Origin: an uncultured archaeon
GTDB lineage: Archaea > Thermoplasmatota > Thermoplasmata > Thermoplasmatales > Thermoplasmataceae
Direction of reading: 5' to 3'
Length of the DNA: 64,000 nt
NCBI GenBank assembly: GCA_000965745.1
Contig: CP009479.1
Coordinates: forward strand, 192,001-256,000
The notes under the pieces are model-generated. The model searched no databases and was not told the DNA's origin. It was given only the letters and a program-made list of their open reading frames with translations. A program made the position numbers and the translations under genes. Below are positions 59,635 to 64,000 of the stretch, piece by piece (within the stretch, counting starts at the first letter, position 1; every line of letters begins with the position of its first letter).

Positions 59635-60744
59635 ATGGACATCCTGCTTCTGACTTCACTGTTCATTTTTTTCCTGATCTCGGGACTGTACTGGTTCCTC
59701 CCCTACATAACCCCGAAGAGTGTGCAGTTTGGTGTAAGGATGCCCAGGTCAAGGGAGGCCGATCCTGCAATTCATGCAGTAAGGAGGCGCTTTCACATGC
59801 TGCTGCTGGCAGTGTCGGTTCCAACATTTGTGCTGCTGATCATCCTGCCGGCAGTATTGAAGCTATACTGGATCACCATGCTCTCCATGGCTGCCGATAT
59901 GGTGCTCACCTATCTGGCATATTTCAGCTCGTTCAGGAAGCTCAGGGCCCTCAAGGAATCCGGGGAATGGTACAGGGATGTCCGGGAAAGCATTGGCGCA
60001 GCCTACCCCGAAGAAGCAGGAGAGGGCAGTAAGGTTCTGACCATCCTGACAATGGTTCCTGCCATAGCGATTGTGGCCCTGACGTTCTACATTGGAATCG
60101 GTGTGTATCCAAACCTCCCCAGTGTTTTTGCCACCCATTTCGGTGCAAACGGCCAGCCAAACGGATACTCGGCCAAGAGCATAGGTACTGTATTCATGGT
60201 CCCGTTCATACAGGCCGGAATAACAGCAATGATGTTTCTGATAGGCTACGCGATCTCAAGAACAAGGCAGGAAATTGATGTTTCCAGGCCAATCACTACC
60301 GCTGACCAGCAGGAAAGGTTCAAGGTTTATGTCAGGGACAGCCTTTTTCTGTTTACGGCACTGATAGACCTGACAATGATGATGACTTCCCTGGCTGTCT
60401 GGGGGATACTTCCTCCGGATAGCGTTCTTGTCCTGACCCTGCTCCCCGTACTGGTTGGAGCCATCGTGCTTTCCGCGGTCCTGATGTCATTCGGGCAGAT
60501 GGGCTCAAGGCTTGATGTTCCGGAGTTGAAGGGGGAAAACACGGGAAAGGTCAACAGGAATGATGACAGGTACTGGAAGGGGGGCGCACTGTACTACACC
60601 CCAAAGGACCCCGCCATACTCGTCGGGAAAAGATTTGGAGTGGGCTGGACATTCAACTTCGGGCACCGTGTAACTTGGGCGGTCTTTGCTGCGATAATAC
60701 TCGTGCCAGTTCTGATCGCCCTGTTCAGCACGCATCTGATTTGA
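59635..60744 (+). CDS. DUF1648/DUF5808 membrane protein (SdpI-like)
   Basis: FGVR, YPNLPSVFATHFGANGQPNG, DDRYWKGG..Y..KDPAILVGKRFGVGWTFNFG. Confidence 0.88.
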   Translation: MDILLLTSLFIFFLISGLYWFLPYITPKSVQFGVRMPRSREADPAIHAVRRRFHMLLLAVSVPTFVLLIILPAVLKLYWITMLSMAADMVLTYLAYFSSFRKLRALKESGEWYRDVRESIGAAYPEEAGEGSKVLTILTMVPAIAIVALTFYIGIGVYPNLPSVFATHFGANGQPNGYSAKSIGTVFMVPFIQAGITAMMFLIGYAISRTRQEIDVSRPITTADQQERFKVYVRDSLFLFTALIDLTMMMTSLAVWGILPPDSVLVLTLLPVLVGAIVLSAVLMSFGQMGSRLDVPELKGENTGKVNRNDDRYWKGGALYYTPKDPAILVGKRFGVGWTFNFGHRVTWAVFAAIILVPVLIALFSTHLI

Positions 60745-60855
60745 AAGACTGTAACGGGCTTCATCGGGACATAAGAATAACATTAAACTTGCTCCGTGCA
60801 AAAAATTGAATGGCGGGGGCAAAGGCCTTTCAAATGAAAGCCGGAAAGGGTATGA

Positions 60856-62184
60856 TTATCGCCTGCGCAGCCTAAAATAGGCAACAGAAGCCGCAACCGA
60901 CGATCCGGTTATGATGGACATTATTGCTATGATGCCATACAAGCTTGAAAGACCGGGGCCATTCCGGTAATTATTAGCTGGCGTTTCTGTGACGTTGAAG
61001 TACAGGTTCACTACAGTGTTGCTCCCATTCACCGTAAATGTGCTGTTTTGATTTTCTAGTGTCGATTTTACAGTATAAATGCTGCCATTTATGGTTGTCT
61101 CATAATCCGAGAGACCGGTTACATTGAATGAGAAGGTTCCGTTCGGGACCGAGAACGTCTCAGCACTGGCTCCCACAATATAGGGTGAGCTCATTCCATA
61201 TGCAGTAGGGAACCCGCCGACTTTCCAATACTCTGCATTTGATCCGGTCAGGTTATGTTCGACAAATGTAACATGGTAAACCTTGTGGAATGTCTCAGTC
61301 AGGTTCAAGAGCTTCCCGTTTAGTCTGAAGTCCAGAGGAGTAGAATAATAGCCGTTGGAAACCGGGTGTATTGAGTACGTGGCATTTGGCAGGTACAGGG
61401 TGATGGGGCCAGTTGAGTTGGGATAAAATCCACTTCTGCTGAATTGGGTTCCATTGCTGTACGTGCCTGAATAGCTGTACGGGAAACCCCAATCAGTGGA
61501 ATTGCCCGGGAGCCCTTCTTCTGTGATGTTCACCTTATAAAATCTTACAGTCTTGTGCACTGGCCCGTCCGTAACAGTTATGTTGCCTGTGTCACCCATA
61601 ATGGAAACACCATTGACCGGATTTGATCCCAACTGCAGCCTGTAAGTTCCTGAAGAAACGTACATCCACTGGGTTGTCCTGAAGGGCGGACCTGATACAC
61701 CACCATTATTGTTGGAGTTGTTCACGTCGGTCAGGTATAGTTCCCAGTTGTACCCATGGGGCACACCCACCTCAGATACGCTCACGTTGTATTGCTCCAC
61801 GAAGTATATATTCACAGTGACCGGTTTGTCCACAACCGTGGCATAGATGTTCAATTCAGTCGGCATATAAGGACCGCTTGCTCCAGTAGAAAAGGAGTAA
61901 TTCCCGGGCGCTTCCTGAAATTCTATAACAGGTGTAGTGCTTCTTTGCGGTGTTTGCGAATAGTACTGCTGGCTTTGTGGCCCTATATAGGCATACCACA
62001 ACATGCCTGCAGGCAAATTGTGCTCGACAAGGTAGATGGGATATAAACCGCCTCCCTGGGAACTTGCAATATTGCCAATTCCCTGTTTCGCAGAATGATG
62101 GGGGACACTTGCCTCTGTGGCCAGGAAAGATAGCGTAATGATAATTATGATGAAGCAACCCAAAACAACGCTGACCCTTCTCAT
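60856..62184 (-). CDS. Surface glycoprotein with ExGLP repeats, paralog of 8254-9558
   Basis: YPIxLVEHxLP, WYAxIGP, PGNYS, EQYNV, PPFR, GYYS, FTVxGSN and YFR+R tail shared with 8254-9558. Confidence 0.82.
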   Translation of the reverse strand: MRRVSVVLGCFIIIIITLSFLATEASVPHHSAKQGIGNIASSQGGGLYPIYLVEHNLPAGMLWYAYIGPQSQQYYSQTPQRSTTPVIEFQEAPGNYSFSTGASGPYMPTELNIYATVVDKPVTVNIYFVEQYNVSVSEVGVPHGYNWELYLTDVNNSNNNGGVSGPPFRTTQWMYVSSGTYRLQLGSNPVNGVSIMGDTGNITVTDGPVHKTVRFYKVNITEEGLPGNSTDWGFPYSYSGTYSNGTQFSRSGFYPNSTGPITLYLPNATYSIHPVSNGYYSTPLDFRLNGKLLNLTETFHKVYHVTFVEHNLTGSNAEYWKVGGFPTAYGMSSPYIVGASAETFSVPNGTFSFNVTGLSDYETTINGSIYTVKSTLENQNSTFTVNGSNTVVNLYFNVTETPANNYRNGPGLSSLYGIIAIMSIITGSSVAASVAYFRLRRR

Positions 62185-62460
62185 TCTCGAGGTATCCTAG
62201 TCGTCAAAGATACTTTAACTTACCTGTGGAAGGCCGTTTGGGAGTAGAAGCCGCGACTCCTTCTTAAATGGTCAACAAACTGGGTATTGGCCATTTTTGA
62301 AACGTTGCTTTCAATTAGGCACAACTCCCAAATTCCCGTGAAAATAAAAATTGAAGAAACTATCTGGCTGACCTGGAAGAAAAATTGAGATCGGATACAA
62401 GAAACATTGATTTTTGATAATTTGCTTATAAATTATGGAAAATAAAAGGTAAGAACCTTT

Positions 62461-62769
62461 CTATGTTTTCATTATGGCGCCAAGGAATACAAGCAGGCCT
62501 ATGGCGGCCCCGATGATTGCTGCAATCACATAGTATATGGTTGCTACAACAACATTCTGGACAAATCCAGCGTGCCAGTAATATTCCGACCCTAGCACGG
62601 TAACTAAGCCAACGACTATTCCAACAATCAGAAGCACAATTCCAACTGCCCTGCTTTTGCCGCTACCGAAATACGAAGTAAGTATTCCCAGTATAATCAA
62701 AGAGAGTGCGAGCAATGCAAGAACTACCAGTAAAAAAATTTCCCAATTCCACGGATTCCAAGGAGTCAA
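62461..62769 (-). CDS. Small 3-TM membrane protein
   Basis: Hydrophobic 102-aa ORF, YFGSGKSR loop, SD-like GAGGTGA upstream. Confidence 0.8.
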   Translation of the reverse strand: MTPWNPWNWEIFLLVVLALLALSLIILGILTSYFGSGKSRAVGIVLLIVGIVVGLVTVLGSEYYWHAGFVQNVVVATIYYVIAAIIGAAIGLLVFLGAIMKT

Positions 62770-62778
62770 TTATTCACC

Positions 62779-63012
62779 TCACAATTTAATGCCAGTCAGT
62801 GTTTTAGTGTCTATTACGCCTTCTATGGTTCGTATCTGCTCGACGACTGTTTTGCCGAGTTCGCTGTAGTCCTTAGCGTCTATTTTCACGATAAGGTCGT
62901 ATTCTCCAAACAACGGGTGTATCTCAACCACGTAGTTGACTTTTGAGATTTTGTTGTAGACCTCGTGTTCCTTTCCAGGTACTGTGCTAACTAATACAAA
63001 CGCTATGGACAC
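62779..63012 (-). CDS. Stand-alone Lrp/AsnC ligand-binding (RAM) domain protein
   Basis: AFVLV...PGKE, FGEYDLIVKI, IRTIEGVIDTKT. Confidence 0.9.
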   Translation of the reverse strand: MSIAFVLVSTVPGKEHEVYNKISKVNYVVEIHPLFGEYDLIVKIDAKDYSELGKTVVEQIRTIEGVIDTKTLTGIKL

Positions 63013-63140
63013 TTTTGATCACTACTACTTTAAGCTGTAGATTGTTAATAAATATTTCTCAATGTGGTATTTCATTGAATTTTTACGGGGTAGAGGTCAC
63101 TCGCCTTTTACTCATGGCATGCTCGGCAGCCGGCCTGAAA

Positions 63141-64000
63141 TCATTGTGGCGATTCCTTTTCGAGGGAGTCAAGAAATTCTTCCCGGTAAAGGGTTTTCTG
63201 CTCCCCTGTGGTCAGGTCCCTCACAGTCACGGTACCAGATTTTGCCTCCTTGTCGCCTATGATCAGCGCATAAGTGCACCCTGTCGATGCCGCAGCCTTC
63301 ATCTGTGACGAGAGCCCCCTTTCAGAAACCTCCACGACAGCCTTCCTGAACCTCCGGATGGAATTTGCAGTTTCAAAGGCATACGCTTTGTCTCCTCTCA
63401 GCAGGCTTGCAACATAATAGGAGTCTCCATAGGATTCAGGATGCCATTTTCCTGCCCTCTTCATGAGCAGCTCAATCACGACGTCGCCCATTCCAAACCC
63501 TACTGCCGGGATGTCCTGGTCCGAAAGGAGGGCGGCGAGGTTGTTGTACCTTCCCCCTCCCAGAATGGACCTGAATTCCCCCATTATGTCAAAGGCCTCG
63601 AAAACGATGCCCGTGTAGTATGAAAGGCCCCGCACTATTGAAAAGTCATATTTTACGCTGGATTCCGTGTATGTTCCGATCAGCTTTCCCGTGTACATCA
63701 TCCTTTCCATGATATCCTGCCCGATGTCCTCTTCGGGTATGCTGCCCGTAATTTTCTTCTTCAGTTCCCCGACACCGAATGGCTTCGATATCATTTCATG
63801 GAGCTTTTGCGCCTGCTCCCTTGAAGCCCCGGTTTCCATTATTCCTGAAACAAAGGATTCTTCATCTGTCTTCCGGAACCTGTCTATAACAGCAAAGGCC
63901 GCCTGTATATCCGTAATACCCAGGGATTTCAGCAGCTTCTCCGTGATCTCCCGGTTGCTTATCCTTATCTCATACTCCCCGTTCAGTTCAAGTGAGTCCA
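63141..64000 (-). CDS. hisS: Histidyl-tRNA synthetase, 3' part (gene starts beyond window)
   Basis: IVRGLSYYTGIVFE, GGGRYNNL, PAVGFGMG, anticodon-binding IIGDKE..SGTVTVRDL; frame is open to the window end. Confidence 0.95.
   Translation of the reverse strand, partial: DSLELNGEYEIRISNREITEKLLKSLGITDIQAAFAVIDRFRKTDEESFVSGIMETGASREQAQKLHEMISKPFGVGELKKKITGSIPEEDIGQDIMERMMYTGKLIGTYTESSVKYDFSIVRGLSYYTGIVFEAFDIMGEFRSILGGGRYNNLAALLSDQDIPAVGFGMGDVVIELLMKRAGKWHPESYGDSYYVASLLRGDKAYAFETANSIRRFRKAVVEVSERGLSSQMKAAASTGCTYALIIGDKEAKSGTVTVRDLTTGEQKTLYREEFLDSLEKESPQ

Noticed and set aside
1-64000. CRISPR array, cas genes, rRNA, integrase
   Set aside because: No regularly spaced repeats or corresponding motifs were seen by eye; the many long antisense ORFs in the track are shadows of real genes.

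Overview
This is an archaeal chromosomal segment, most consistent with a Thermoplasmatales-type acidophile. Supporting markers are TBP, PolD small subunit, EndA, uS2, eL41, a CoaD-YjjX fusion, type I CoaA, futalosine-pathway mqnA/C/E and ExGLP-repeat surface proteins. Most of 36-64 kb is housekeeping and 1-20 kb is metabolic/transport. The accessory stretch at about 20.6-35.9 kb has three notable parts. (i) Two decayed IS200/IS605/IS607 elements lie tail-to-tail: an orphan TnpB 3'-end/omega-RNA locus whose predicted guide is the RuvC-I coding sequence of the neighbouring IS607 tnpB. (ii) A fluoride (crcB-class) riboswitch sits directly in front of a six-gene NiFe-less energy-converting-hydrogenase-related (Ehr) operon, with no Fluc/CLC-F exporter in the window. 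(iii) A toxin-antitoxin island (HEPN-MNT, AbiEi/AbiEii, MNT-HepT) is bounded by an intron-containing tRNA-Trp and a decayed copy of its 3' part. The ORF track misses two small genes: rpl41e, which ends 1 nt before tRNA-Trp, and a 57-aa ORF at 12535. No CRISPR array or rRNA was seen. All calls come from motif recognition and hand alignment or folding; no database searches were run.
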